From the NCBI GenBank assembly GCA_951406725.2, contig OX597822.1:109492001-109556000 (forward strand): a DNA stretch of 64,000 bases, written 5' to 3'. Position numbers and translations under genes: made by a program. Within the stretch, counting starts at the first letter, position 1, and the number at the start of each line of letters is the position of its first letter. The stretch is from Octopus vulgaris. Lineage: Eukaryota. Below the pieces are notes generated by a model. The model saw only the letters and a list, made by a program, of their open reading frames with translations. It was not told where the DNA came from and ran no database searches. Positions 1-13,702 of this stretch are shown here, in pieces.

Positions 1-860
1 TAATAAGAGGTTCGATATCTTAGTCTGGTTCCTCTGGGGTCGGTGTCTATGTTTGTTTTCGATTTCCTTGTATTTTTTGTTGTTGTGGTTTCGTTTTCAT
101 AATGTATTTTTTTCCATAGTTGTTTTCATAGTTACTGAACCACTCTTGTTCTTTTCCCCACATTCTTAGGAAGTTTTCTTCTTCCCGTTTTGAGTCTTCT
201 TTCCATAGTATTTGCAGGTTTTCATAACATTGATTGTCACTCTGCTCAGCGATATCAGCAATCATAACATCGGCAATTTTTTTACCTTCTGTTTGTGTCG
301 TATTTTTCGTGATCGCAGAAAAGCGATTTCTGCTCCTAGTCGGCATAAAGCTAAATTCGCGCGTATCATTGTCTCTTCCAGTGATTCACTTGGGTAGGAT
401 TGGGATTTCATTGCTTAGGTGTTGGCTATATTGCTGCATCGAATGCTTTTCCAATATACATGTTTCCGTGGAATAAGAAGTTTCTCCCAGAGTTATGGTT
501 TCAAGTGATTCTGTTGTTGTATATAAAGTATTGCTATATTCTTGTTGTTCGTCTCTTTTTTTAGAGCACCTTGTGTATTGGTATCATTCATAGTTTTATC
601 TGCATTGGTGAAGATTGTGTCAAGTCTTGAGATAAGTAAATTCAACTTAGATATTTCTGAGAGAAGTTCTCGGCTGCCAGTTTGATTGTTATCCATTTAT
701 TCTGGCGTCTTGTACAACTAAGGAGATATGAATAGAGTGTTAGGTCTGGTGTACAGAAATTGAATATTGAGAAAAAAAAGTCGTCAGAATTTGGGGAAAA
801 AATCTTTTTATTTCTTCATTACTATTAGCGCTTTCGTTCGTTTCTCGAACTCGTTAAATT
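1..860 (-). mobile_element. Probable 5' portion of a decayed retroelement (likely PLE): hammerhead-like motif followed by broken N-terminal ORF
   Basis: Non-microsatellite protein-like ORF pieces at 696-493 and 346-47 on minus, preceded on the same strand by a degenerate hammerhead at 857-824. No diagnostic domain is visible. Confidence 0.45.
824..859 (-). ncRNA. Degenerate minimal hammerhead ribozyme
   Basis: Minus strand reads TTAACGA-GTTCG-AGAAA-CGAAC-GAAA-GCGC-TA: perfect 5-bp stem II, GAAA and palindromic stem III. The first core box is mutated relative to CTGACGA. Confidence 0.55.
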
Positions 861-996
861 TGATAATGTGAATGTACAAACAGCTTGTTCATTTATACAA
901 AACATATGTTTTATGGGTGTTTTGTTTAGAAGAAGAGAACATTGTTTTTCTTTGGGGGGGGGGGAGTGAGGTTCCATGACAATGGAGATAGATAGA

Positions 997-1066
<70 letters not shown>

Positions 1067-1531
1067 TTCAGTAATTTATCTGTGACCAAGCTGAAGGATT
1101 TTAGTAGACCATATTTTTAAATATTAAAACATTTTTTTAAAGCCAAGTACTTATTCTATCAGGCACTTTTGCCGAACCGACAAAGAAAATGTGTATATAT
1201 ACACATATATAAATATGAGTGTGTATGCGTGTTCGACTGTGATATGTATTTTTTTGTTTGTCGTATGTATATGCTTTTTTTATTAGTTTACACACACATC
1301 TCTAATACAATTGAAATATAACTGGAATAACGTCGTCTTTGGAGAGCATTCTTTTTTGATATAACACTCAGGAAAAGTGAACCTCACAAATTAACATTAT
1401 TTATACATCGCGATATAATATATTCATTACAATACGGGCATATTTCAACAGTGCTTCTGTGCGATCAGAGGACTTGAATCGACAAATGAATACACACAAA
1501 CACATACAAAAACACATATGTTATTTATATA

Positions 1532-1751
1532 TACTCTTTTACTCTTTTACTCTTTTACTTGTTTCAGTCATTTGACTGCGGCCATGCTGGAGTACCGCCT
1601 TTAATCGAGCAACTCGACCCCGGGACTTGTTGTTTTGTAAGCCCAGTACTTATTCTATCGGTCTCTTTTGCCGAACCGCTAAGTAACGGGGACATAAACA
1701 CACCAGCATCGGTTGTCAAGCAATGCTAGGGGGACAAACACAGACACACGA

Positions 1752-1782
<31 letters not shown>

Positions 1783-1812
1783 AATATATACGATGGGCTT
1801 CTTTAAGTTTCC
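1532..1812 (-). mobile_element. SINE family A, 3' part
   Basis: (ACTCTTTT)n tail plus gtttcagtcatttgactgcggccatgctggag; reverse complement of the 30571-31013 copy. Confidence 0.85.
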
Positions 1813-2175
1813 TTTCAGTTTATATATATATATATATATATAAAACAAAGGATGTGTGTGTATGTAGTAGGTGTGTATTTCTATAGTTTTCAACCGATTT
1901 TCATCACAGTTAACCACACATTCCTTACGTGCAAAGGATCATCACTCGATATAACATTTTGCCCAAAGCTCTAGCATAAAGCGAAAAACCGGGAAAGACG
2001 GTGTTTCACACGGGTTTTTCTCTAAAGATCTCTGCAGTTTTCAACCACTTCCCTCCCCTTTCTCTCTCTGTGTTAATTTCTCTCTTCTATCTCTTCTTCT
2101 CATTCTCTCATTCTATTACACATATTCTTTCACACTATCTGTAATAGTCCCTTCACTTTCTATCTCTCCCTCCCT

Positions 2176-2211
<36 letters not shown>

Positions 2212-2254
2212 TGAAGCTCACTCACACACTAACTTCTGCCTACAAATCCGTGTG

Positions 2255-2962
2255 CTTCACTTAGTCTTGCGTAAAAATCTCTGTTGTTACGGATTTTGTA
2301 CGCTCTCCCTGAAAATTAAGTTAGCTACTTTTGAATTTTGTTCACCGAGTGTGTTTAAATTCGGTTTTGCCACATCTGCGTAACAACTGACTTCAGCATA
2401 TTTCAATTTTGTCGTGCGTAAATATTTTTGTATTTACGGTATTTGTACGTTCTCCCTACAACATTACTTATTTTATATTTCTTGCACTCCGTCTATTTAG
2501 ATACACTATTTCAACTCCCCTTCTATCGAAATACGTTGTGCGTGCGGTTGTGCACGCTTACGTAAGACCGCTACGGGCGACATAAAGCCGATAAGCCCTC
2601 ATCACTAATCAATGAGATTTTATCCACGCCATTGAGCGGTTGTGCGTTAGAAAAATCTATCCTAAAGCGGCTCAGATTTTTCTATTCAATGTATTGTCTT
2701 CTACTGCTCTAAACGAGGTTTGTAAGTTCTGTCTACAAGTTTACTTCCTTGTATTTAAATTAGTCATGCGTAAAGACCTTTGTTGTTACGATTCTTGTAT
2801 GTTATCCCAGAAAAATAATTTAGTTATCTATCATATTTGTTCACCCATGTGAGTAAATTCAGTTTTGCCACATATGCCGAAAAATGGACTTCAGTGTATT
2901 TCAAACTTTTGTCGTGTGTGCATATCTTTTTTTTCTTTACGGTATCTGTGCGTTCTCACAAC
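2255..2962 (+). repeat. Diverged ~205-bp direct repeat pair (2255-2462 and 2757-2962), probably inside an old Helitron-like element
   Basis: Collinear blocks ttagtc.tgcgtaaa...tgttgttacg...ttgttcacc...aaattc.gttttgccacat.tgc...gacttcag...ttgtcgtg occur in both copies. Confidence 0.6.
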
Positions 2963-3359
2963 AAAGGATGTCTGTGTGTCTTTGTGTGTAGTACGTTTAC
3001 ATTTCTACAAATTTCCTCTCCGTATGTTTTGCGATGTCGATCAACAAATTGCGGGCCAAATGCCCTCTATGGCAGGACTTCACTTGGAGAAGTCGTGTTT
3101 CTCAATCGGGCAATTTTAGGTAGCCTGCTCCAGTGGATTTCTATCTCATTCTGAAAAACATTTTATATATACACATGCTGATATATGGCCTACGTTGGAC
3201 TCCGCATTCGCATAATCACCGAAACTCGAGCTTAACTATAGTCTGTCCATAGCACTTACTCAGAATTACCTGACACCTTTGTGTCTTATTGACATATTAC
3301 CTCTCATAACCTCTTTCTCTCTCTTTCACGCTCTGTCTTTCTCTCTCCCTCTTTCTCTC

Positions 3360-3419
<60 letters not shown>

Positions 3420-3595
3420 TATATATATCTATGTGTGCATTTTCAATGTGTACAAATAACACTGAAAAATAATATATATAGTTACCCGGGTTACTTATAA
3501 AGGTAGAAATTCCAGGGTTAAGTGAAATGTTTTTTGTATAACATAAATAAATTAAGAAATGGAGTCAAACGCAGATGTTAGTCAAACCATTTATA

Positions 3596-3682
3596 CTTGC
3601 AACACATTTTTCGAACGAAGCATTGAGATTATTCCAGAGGGAATAAAAATGATATAAAGCAATGCAATCATCTCGTCAGGGT
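3596..3682 (-). ncRNA. Degenerate hammerhead in PLE pLTR (long stem II)
   Basis: Minus strand CTGACGA (3679-3673), ~60 nt, then GAAA (3612-3609) AATGTGTT; homologous to the 6431 and 13390 copies. Confidence 0.5.
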
Positions 3683-4568
3683 AAAAAAAGGGAAACAAAA
3701 CACATTAAGAAGTCGTTTTAATTACCGCGTTTAAGATAAAGGGGAACATTGGCAAGTTCATTTTAGAAAACCGTTAATAAATTTAACGTCATAGGTAATT
3801 TAGAAAAGGAGTTGAAAGTGAGAAATTAACAGAAAATTGATAGTGAAAAAATATAGTGTGATAGATGAATGAGAATAAAGCTTAAAACGTGGAAATAGAT
3901 ATATGTGGTGGAAATAAAATGTAACAAGACAGTTAAAGGTCTCATTTTATAGATTGAAAGAAATTACTTATAGGAACTAAAGGTATCTTTTGGCTAATGT
4001 TTACAACGATAAACGTGTTCTTTAAACATGTTTACAATACTTTTTTCCAAAATGCATGAGAAACGTTATCTTCGTTACAGAGCGGACAAGAAGATTTACC
4101 TTTCTCATATGGGAAGGATCTAGATAGAATTTTCCATTCTAAATCGAATTGTTTATTATGTTCCTTTAGAGAAAAATCAATTTACTAAGGTTAGTAATGT
4201 TGAATTTCTTGATGTCTAAATATAGAGTAATGGTTAGATATTATTTTCGACAACTACGATAATGTGCTACCAATGTTAAAGAATAAAGACATCAAGAACG
4301 GTGATATTTTTCATTGATAAACAGAGTTACTAGTCGTAGTATTACTGCAAAGGACACGAATACGATTCTAAATTATATCTGGAGTTTTATTATTGATATT
4401 ATAATAGTCCAAAGAATAGTTAGCTTTAATAATATCACTGTTATTATTTTCATTAAGTTCGTTTGTATTTAACAACTTATTGTTACGTGAAGAGATGATT
4501 TGTGAAAGGTTCTTGGTGTTTGAAAACCCTAACCTAGTTCGGTGTGAATTGATAATGGCATGGTATCT

Positions 4569-4765
4569 AGAGCTGGTAGAAACGTTAGCACGCCGGGCGA
4601 AATGCTTAGCGGTATTTCGTCTGCCGTTACGTTCTGAGTTCAAATTCCGCCAAGGTCGACTTTGCCTTTCATCCTTTCGAGGTAATGTAATCGACTTAAT
4701 ACCTATTTCTGTCCTTGTTTGTCCCCACTGTGTTTAGCCCCTTGTGGGTAATAAAGAAATAGGTA
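4569..4765 (+). mobile_element. SINE family B
   Basis: gagctggtagaaacgttagcacgccgggcgaaatg...gagttcaaattcc (B-box)...tttagccccttgtggg; matches the 28453 copy. Confidence 0.85.
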
Positions 4766-5367
4766 TCTGGAATTTTTTGGAAAATTCTTATATATCACGA
4801 AACTGGAGAGTGAGGTTAGATTTGATCAGATTACCACATGGAATGATCAACCGCATAGTTTTACTAGGACACATTTTCTTATTAGAGTAATTATCTTTAA
4901 AAGTCCTAGACTTATTTTTTATTATAATGGGTTATAAAGTATGAATGGTTAGAAATACGGTTACATCCCTTTCGTATAAAGGGTTGTTAAGTACGGTTAT
5001 CTCCCGTACGCAGCAAAATTACATTTTTCGATTTAGCGTTGTTATTCGAACTAACATCTATATTGTTATAACCGTTATGACGGGTTTTCATGTCCCGATT
5101 GATAGAGTAAGAATTAATGTCAATAGGGCTAATATACGTAATTCTTCTTTCTTTATAGTCTGCTTTAAGTAGGGCAGAGTTATAAAATCTGGCTTTATCG
5201 TTGAAGATATCAATATTAGCAGATAATCTAGAAAGTTTAAGTGAGATATTACTAACTAAATTCCTTGTAATAGGCTATGGATGATTGCTGAAAGAGCGAA
5301 TGTATTTTAAATGTGCTGAGGGTTTATCGCATGGAAAATATGAATCATTACATACGTTAAGGGTAAT

Positions 5368-5949
5368 CATCATCATCATCATTGTTCGACCGTGGTCGAG
5401 ACAATGGAATTTACTATGTTACGCCAGACTTCACGGTCCATCATAGCATTACGGAGGTCCTGTTGCTGGATGCCTGTATCCCTGGAGATTACATCAGGGT
5501 AGGAGAGTGTGCGCCCTCTGGTATTGGGAGTAGATGGCTTCCAGAGGAGAAGAGTAGAAATTACTTCTTTTTCAGCTCTACAACAATGTCCAGCAAACTG
5601 GACTCTCCTACCTTTCACAAGAGATGACACAAGTGGTAATTTCCCATATATTTTAATTTTGGTTGGGTGGCGCTTCCAGGAGAGATTTTGAGCTCTCATA
5701 AGGAGGCGAGTGTAGGTTCCATCCAACCACCTCTCAAGCTTCTTTGATAACGCCCAGGTTTCTGATCCATATAGTAGAATTGGTTCGACCGTGGCTTTGA
5801 ATATTTCAAGTTTGAAGTCTCTACTTAGATGTGATGACCAGATCTTATGCATGTCATTACAGGCTGACCAGGCCATACCCTTTCTAGCTAGAAAGTCTTT
5901 TCCGGATGATGATATGTATGACCCAAGATATTTATAATCAGAAACCATA
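5368..5949 (-). mobile_element. 5'-truncated RTE-clade LINE, uninterrupted 189-aa RT C-terminus, (GAT)n tail, 11-bp TSD
   Basis: ORF 5948-5379 with YKYLGS, ILLYGSETW and RRVQFAGHC motifs. TSD TTAAGGGTAAT at 5357-5367 and 5950-5960. Confidence 0.92.
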
Positions 5950-6430
5950 TTAAGGGTAATACTTGGCTTTAGTTATATCATCATCGGAAATAATGTTTCA
6001 GCCCATGTTTCGGAACCATTTAACCGATCTATTCTCAACCCTTATTAATTTTTGGTTTGTTTTTGCCAATGGTTACAACGATAAACACGTTCTTTAAACG
6101 TGTTTACAAGAATATTCTCCGAGAATAGGATGAGAAATTGTTCTTCGTTAGAGAGCGGACAAAGAGATTTACATATGTCATACGGGAAGGATCAAGATAC
6201 AATTTTCCATTCCAAATAGAATTGCTTATTATGTTCCTTTAGAGACCGAAATTAATTTACTGATGCCAGTATTGCTGCATTTATTGATATATCTAAATGT
6301 AGATTAATAGTTAGATATTCTTTTCGACATCTGAGATGATGAGCTACCAATGTAAAAAAAAACAAGACATGAAGAATGAAGAACGGAAATACATTTTCAT
6401 TCATAAACACACTTTCTAGACTTAAAATCC

Positions 6431-6519
6431 TTTCCCTGACAAGATGATTGCGTTGTTTTACATCACTTTTATTCCATCCAGAATAACCTCAATGCTTTCT
6501 TCGAAACATATGTTAGAAG
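6431..6519 (+). ncRNA. Degenerate hammerhead in inverted PLE pLTR
   Basis: tttcc-CTGACAA(6436-42)...GAAA(6503-06)-CATATG-TT-agaag; G8 is mutated. Confidence 0.55.
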
Positions 6520-6743
6520 TACGAATTGTTTCAATAACATTTGTGTTTGACTCAATTTCGAAATGTATATATATATATATGTGTGTCTGTGTGTGTGTGT
6601 GTACATATATATAAACATATATATATACATATATATATAAACAGATATATATATATGCATATATATAGAGAGATATATATACATACATATATAGATAGAT
6701 AGATGTATGTATGGATATATATATATATATGTGTGTGTGTATG

Positions 6744-6787
<44 letters not shown>

Positions 6788-6878
6788 CATAAATATGTAT
6801 ATACCATATATATATATATACATATATGTATGTAATATATATATGTATATATATATATACATATATGTATGTAATATG

Positions 6879-6933
<55 letters not shown>

Positions 6934-7573
6934 GTATATGTATGTATATATATGTGTGTGTGTGTACAGATATATGTGTATATGTACATAATCACACATA
7001 TACGCTTAAAATTGCGCCGGAGCTCTAACAGTTTTCTATTTTCCTTATCTACGTTATTCGTTTACCGATTTCACTAGGTTAACTGGTGATATGACGCTCA
7101 TTGTTTAAATACATCAAAAGTAGAACTGCTGTGAACAACTTAACTATCGCACCCAAGACTTATGATAAGATACAGCGCTTTCTGATGCACATATGAAAGT
7201 TTAAATACTTTATATATTTAAGTGTGTATATGTGTTTGTGTGTTTGTTTTTATTATATGCAGATAAATAGATATAATATGCAGTTGAAGAACGAGATAAT
7301 ATTTATTCAAAAGGCTGTACTTTATGAATGTTTCGTTAGTAGATATTTCTGAGATGAGAAGAAATTAAAATTTCCAAATAATCGATGATTTGAAATTTTT
7401 CTCCTCACACAAAGTCAATATTTCCACTTGAAATAAATAAATAAAATTTTAAATGAAAATGTCGTCTTCATGTTAAATAGTCTGATGTATTGTAATATTT
7501 TTCTACTGCAACCAATCAATCTCTTTCTCGTTTTCTCTCATTCTCTCTCACTCTCTTTCTCTTTATATATATT

Positions 7574-8147
<574 letters not shown>

Positions 8148-8436
8148 TATATCTCTTATATGAAATCCCTTCTGTCTGTCTGTGTGAGTCTTCTCGGATC
8201 TCGGGTATCCTCCATCCGATTGCGGTCAAATTTGTTATGTCGATACCGACGGTATATAGATACCGAGGTACAAAAATCGGTTCCAGATGAGAATGCGATC
8301 GATAATGCCATTTTTGTCCTGCTTTTCTTCCGTCAACCTCTACGTAACTGCACCATTGGACGGGAGAGCGTTTTGCATAAATATATGTAAATAACTTACT
8401 TGGGAATCGATGCCTGCACAATTAAATAATGATATA

Positions 8437-8484
<48 letters not shown>

Positions 8485-8524
8485 TATGTGTATATATATA
8501 TATATATGTGTGTATATACCTATA

Positions 8525-8694
8525 GGGGTAGGAGTGGATGTGTGGTAAGTAGCTTGCTTACCAACCACATGGTTCCGGGTTCTGTCCCACTGCGTGGCAC
8601 ATTGGGCAGTGTCTTCTACTATAGCCTCAGGCCGATCAAAGCCATGTGAGTGGATTTGGTAGACGGAAACTGAAAGAAGCCCGTCATATATATG

Positions 8695-8767
<73 letters not shown>

Positions 8768-8987
8768 TTGGGTGTCTGTATTTCTCCCAACAAGGTCACT
8801 TGACAACGGAAGCTGGTGCGTTTACGTCCCCGTAACCCAGCGGTTCGGCAAAAGATACCGATAGGATGAGTACGAGGTTTACAAAGAATAAGTCTTTGGG
8901 CCAATTTGCTCGACTAAAGGGGATGCTCCAGCATGGCCACAGTCAAATAACTGAAACAAGTAAGAGTAAGTAAAAGAGTAAAAGAGT
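8525..8987 (+). mobile_element. SINE family A, full length, internal (TA)n(TG)n
   Basis: tRNA-like head gtggatgtgtggtaagtagcttgc...ggttccgggttc and tail (GTAAAAGA)n. Confidence 0.9.
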
Positions 8988-9186
8988 GTATTTGGTATTT
9001 TTTCCTCTACTTTTCTCTCGTGTGTTTAAAACTTTTTCACTCGTTGGTGGTGTCATGCACTCAGTGTGTATTTTTTTATTTATATACATACGTATATCTA
9101 TATGTATATGTATTTATATACAGCTATATAATGTATATATACATACATACACACACTATACACATATATATATATATAGATATACT

Positions 9187-9245
<59 letters not shown>

Positions 9246-10560
9246 CTAGAGAGAGAGAAAATGAAAGGTAGAGGGATTGAGAAAGAGAAGGTACAAGGAA
9301 AACAGAGGAGTAAATTTTCGAAAATGTTAAAGAGAGACGCTTGTGTATGTTAGGTTTCCGTTTGTAGATTCTCGTGTATATCTATAAGCTTGTCTATAAA
9401 CACCATAATCACATATTTACCATTACGTTCGTTTGAGATTATATTGTTTATAGCAAATTCTGAACGCTGCAAATTGTTAACACTTTCATCAGAAATTTAC
9501 GTCTGTGTAACTATTCTATTTAATGTTTAACGATAAACTTACGTATAAAACCAAACTTCTAAGCACAGTTCTGTGAGCAATAATACAAAACGATTTATGT
9601 AAGATATGTTCATCACATATTTTCCAATATTCAAATTAAAACATTCAGTTCGATGATTTTTAACTTACTTCAAAAAATTATTTTCACAGTGTAATTTTAT
9701 GCCTATTAAATTCGAAGAAACTAGTTATTTACCCACTATTTTACGACATAAATTCCGGGTAAATGTAAAGCTTATTATTATACCGCGGCAACTTTCCCAA
9801 TATGAAAAACAAAATCGATTTTAAATTATTATTTCCTATAAAATATTCTACATAACGTACAAGTTGTGTATGTTAAATATTTATTTAATATTTTGCAGTG
9901 TGACATGCGCAGAAGGAGGTAGAATTTTTAGCATAAAATGTTAAAAGCTATAACACAACTACATTGTTTTATACCAATATATTCGGACATATCATACTTT
10001 ATATTTTATACCATAATATATTCTTTTTGTTGAAAGATGCATTTTATACAGAAACATTTCCTCATAAGAGTGATATGAATTGACGTTACATATAGACGCA
10101 TTGTGACAAGGGCTGAGCGCGTTAGCTCAATTTTTGCTGTAGAAAAGCATTGTACAATATATTCTACACAAAATGTTATGCCGCAATGGAACATGCTGTT
10201 GTTTTTCATAGTAGAATAATATTTGTATGTTCTCTCGATTCTTATTGTAATAATATGGGATTTGCTAAACCATATCTACATATCTTACAGTAAACCTGCC
10301 TCGTTAATTGACACAAAAATATAGAGTAAAACAATAATGGCAAACATTGTTAGCGCAAAGTTTAAATAAAATCTTGGTACTTCTCTGTTATCAAACTGTC
10401 ACAAGTTTAATGATATAAGGTATAGCATTGGCCTAAAAATTACAAACCGCTTGCAACAAAGGAATATTTCAAATCATCTATGTATATGTGTGCGAATGTG
10501 TCTTTGTGCATGTATGTGTGTGTGCAATTAAATACATAGCGCACAGGTAGATGTATTTGT

Positions 10561-10617
<57 letters not shown>

Positions 10618-11004
10618 TACACATACACACATATATATATAATAAATTAAGGTTCAGTAGGATATAAAATACCACTTGCTAAAATCAGCGCCATGGCTCC
10701 AAAACAACCAGAAACTCACAATAAAGATGCACACATATTATATAAATGTATATGTGTGTGGATGTATGTATGTACGTATGTATGTATTTATGTATGTATA
10801 AATGTATGTATGTACAAAATGTTGGAATTGAAAATAAATAGATGAATATTACAATACAGGAATTACTGGAAATGTGACCGAAGTCAGTTGGTCATTAGTA
10901 AACCTAATATATTTTTCAGCGTTGCTAAAACAAAATAGCATCATGCATATATAGATAGATTACTAGGTGGATAGATTACTAGAGGAATAGATAGATAGAT
11001 ACCT

Positions 11005-11250
11005 TTTATCATTTATTTGTTTCAGTCATTAGACGGTAGCCATGCTGAGGAACCGCCGTAGTTGAATGAATCGACCCCAGTGTTTATTATTTTAAAGCCA
11101 GGTTCTTATACTATCACTCTCTTACTGATCAGCATTTAGTTACATGGATGTCAACACACCAACACCGGTTGTCAAGCGGATGTCAGGAACTAAGACAGAC
11201 ACAAAGACACATATATATATAGATGTATACATCTTTCAGTTTCCTTCAAC
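11005..11250 (-). mobile_element. SINE family A, old 3' fragment
   Basis: ttgtttcagtcatt...gccatgctg...tcgaccccag...ggttgtcaagc. Confidence 0.7.
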
Positions 11251-11559
11251 CACATATATTTATCGAATGTAAATATCCGTCGAATGTAAATAACGTAAAT
11301 AATATAAATAATGCACATATATTTGTGTGCGTATGTGTGTACCAATCCGTTTAGTCATAGATATTTGTCAAAATGGAGTGTGAAAATTTTTTGATACGTA
11401 TACTTGATTTTAATAATTTACTATAGATATATTGTATCATATACCTTACCATCATTACAAAAACTGATAACCTGCTAGCAATGTATTCTTCGAACCAGCT
11501 GTTAATATGCGATTAGTTATCAACATTGGGTTATAGAAGCTTTCACGTACCCAAATGTA

Positions 11560-12018
11560 GCCGGAAATGTCCTCTGTAGCACGAACCTGTTGTAGTCTAA
11601 GCTTCCTCAGCTAGAAGCCACTGGATGCGACCCTCAGCAATCTCTCTATCGACCGGCGCAGCAAAATTTGTGTCTCACTTGCTCACGGAAGATCAAAAGC
11701 AGTCACGACTGAATGCGTGTCATGAGCAATTGGAAGTTGATCTGGACCCTTTTCCGAAGATCATCACCGGTGAAGAAATATGGTACTACGGAATTTAAAG
11801 TTGTGGAAGAGGTGAAGAAAAAAAAAAACAACGGAGACTTTAAAACGCATCACTTCGTAAGAGCTCCAGCACTGCTTCGAATAGTTGGAAATGAGTGTGA
11901 ACTAATGCATTGCTTCAAATAGAGAATGCTTCGAAGCCAAAAAAAAGTGTAAACATGTAAAACTAAGTGAATAAAATAACATTGGAAAATTCCGGTTTCT
12001 TTTGGGTACCACCCCGTA
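11560..12018 (+). mobile_element. mariner transposase remnant (internally deleted)
   Basis: Translates AAKFVSHLLTEDQKQSRLNAC...KIITGEEIWYY (WVPHxL and TGDE-like motifs); TIR-like end ...tttgggtaccaccccgTA. Confidence 0.75.
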
Positions 12019-12648
12019 TTTATCGGAATATGATATAAAATATTGTCTGTATCATCTCTTTTTTTAAAATCCCAACATACACTGGATAAACTGTATTATC
12101 CGTGATGTATGCCTCTGTGATTTATAATGACAGCCTCTCATCTCATTGTGGTTGATTCACTTATTATGAATGAACTTTTTTTTATTATATTTGAACTGCT
12201 GCTCGCTTTTCATGAAGCAATAAACTCGTATTTAAAGGGATGCATTTACATTCAAGTGTTTGTTTTTACCACGAATTTTTTTGTTACTGCTTTGCCTTTG
12301 TTTACTTCTTTTTTACTTTCAAATTTCTGTATGGCAGTTATTGTTGATTACTGTCCACATTAACTTTGTGTGGTTCTTATCAACACTACCCTAATATGAC
12401 ATATATGACTGTATTAGTATTTAACCGAATTATACCTATCTGGAAGCACCATGTTCAAAATACACTTCAAATATTTACGTTCTGCTACATCACCAGTTTT
12501 ATTATATTAACTGTTCTATTGTCGTCACAAAAAAAAAACTAGACGTTGATTGTCTATTTCAATAAGAGGTATCAGAATGATAGCCCTGTGTTTCGTGTGT
12601 TGTTGCATGTAATTTTGTCAAATGTATTTTAAGACTGTTTTGCTTTTC

Positions 12649-12696
<48 letters not shown>

Positions 12697-13275
12697 GTTT
12701 GCGTGTGCACAATTTTCGTATCTCCGAATATTATCAAACAATAACAATGCAGTGAGATGTACAGCTATTACTATTACATTTTTACGTATTTCTTTCAACG
12801 AAAAGTGTAGCTCTCTTTGCGGGTTGTCTCAGTATCATGTAATTCTGTTTATATAGACAACCAGAGCATCGTGTTTACCAGATTATAACAATTAGATATG
12901 ACGTTATTGAATTCATAACACAACTTACATTACATGTTATTGAATACATTATACTTAATCAGACCCATTTGATCTAAAACTACAAATTGTCAGAATGTGT
13001 CCATCTCTGCCTATCTTCTTTTACTTAGTTACTTCTCAGATATTGCTGAGAAGAATGCATGCAATTCCAGGCAATGGACCACTGGTTTAATGCGATTACC
13101 ACCAACATTTTGAATAAAACTTTTCTTTGAAAAACTTATTCAATAAATCAGTAGTTAGTTAACAAAGCTGAAAGCTGTGGCATTAATATTCTTGAAAGTA
13201 TAAACTGTAAATTCAATGAGTATTTCCTCACATTAGTAAATCTTTTTACGCCGAACAGTATGTTTCCGTACGTAA

Positions 13276-13320
<45 letters not shown>

Positions 13321-13384
13321 TATCATGTTTATCATGTAGGCAGTCATCGTAATTGTTATAATGTCTTGTTGTTGAGAGAGGCTC

Positions 13385-13495
13385 TCTTTCTTTCCTGATG
13401 AGAAGATTGCATCTTACACCGTTTATTCCTATGGAATAAAACCATATAGTCGAAAGTAAAGGAATTTTATTAACATATACGTTCATCTCCATTTA
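13385..13495 (+). ncRNA. Solo PLE pLTR fragment with hammerhead-like motif
   Basis: ctttc-CTGATGA(13395-401)...GTC(13449-51)-gaaag gives a perfect 5-bp stem I. G12 is lost. Homologous to 3540-3680 and 6430-6560. Confidence 0.6.
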
Positions 13496-13654
13496 TTTAT
13501 TTATTCATGTATAACACGCAAATTAATGCACATTAACCCGGAGATTCTACCTTTGGATAGGTCGCTTCAACTGTGTTTCTGACGTGAATTTGCTACCCTG
13601 GTAACGGTCCATTCAATTTTCCATGTTATCGGTAAACATAGGATAATTCATTCA

Positions 13655-13702
<48 letters not shown>

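Larger units (their letters stand above)
3540..6560 (-). mobile_element. Decayed Penelope-like element (RT thumb, linker, GIY-YIG endonuclease C-terminus) with partial tandem duplication and inverted terminal pLTR
   Basis: Minus-strand translation gives ISLKLSRLSANIDIFNDKARFYNSAL, RLGFSNTKNLSQIISSRNNKLL and SLKEHNKQFxLEWKIxSRSFPY..CPLCNE-like blocks. 3990-4330 is repeated at 6060-6410. 3540-3680(-) is homologous to 6430-6560(+). Interrupted by a SINE and an RTE. Confidence 0.8.
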
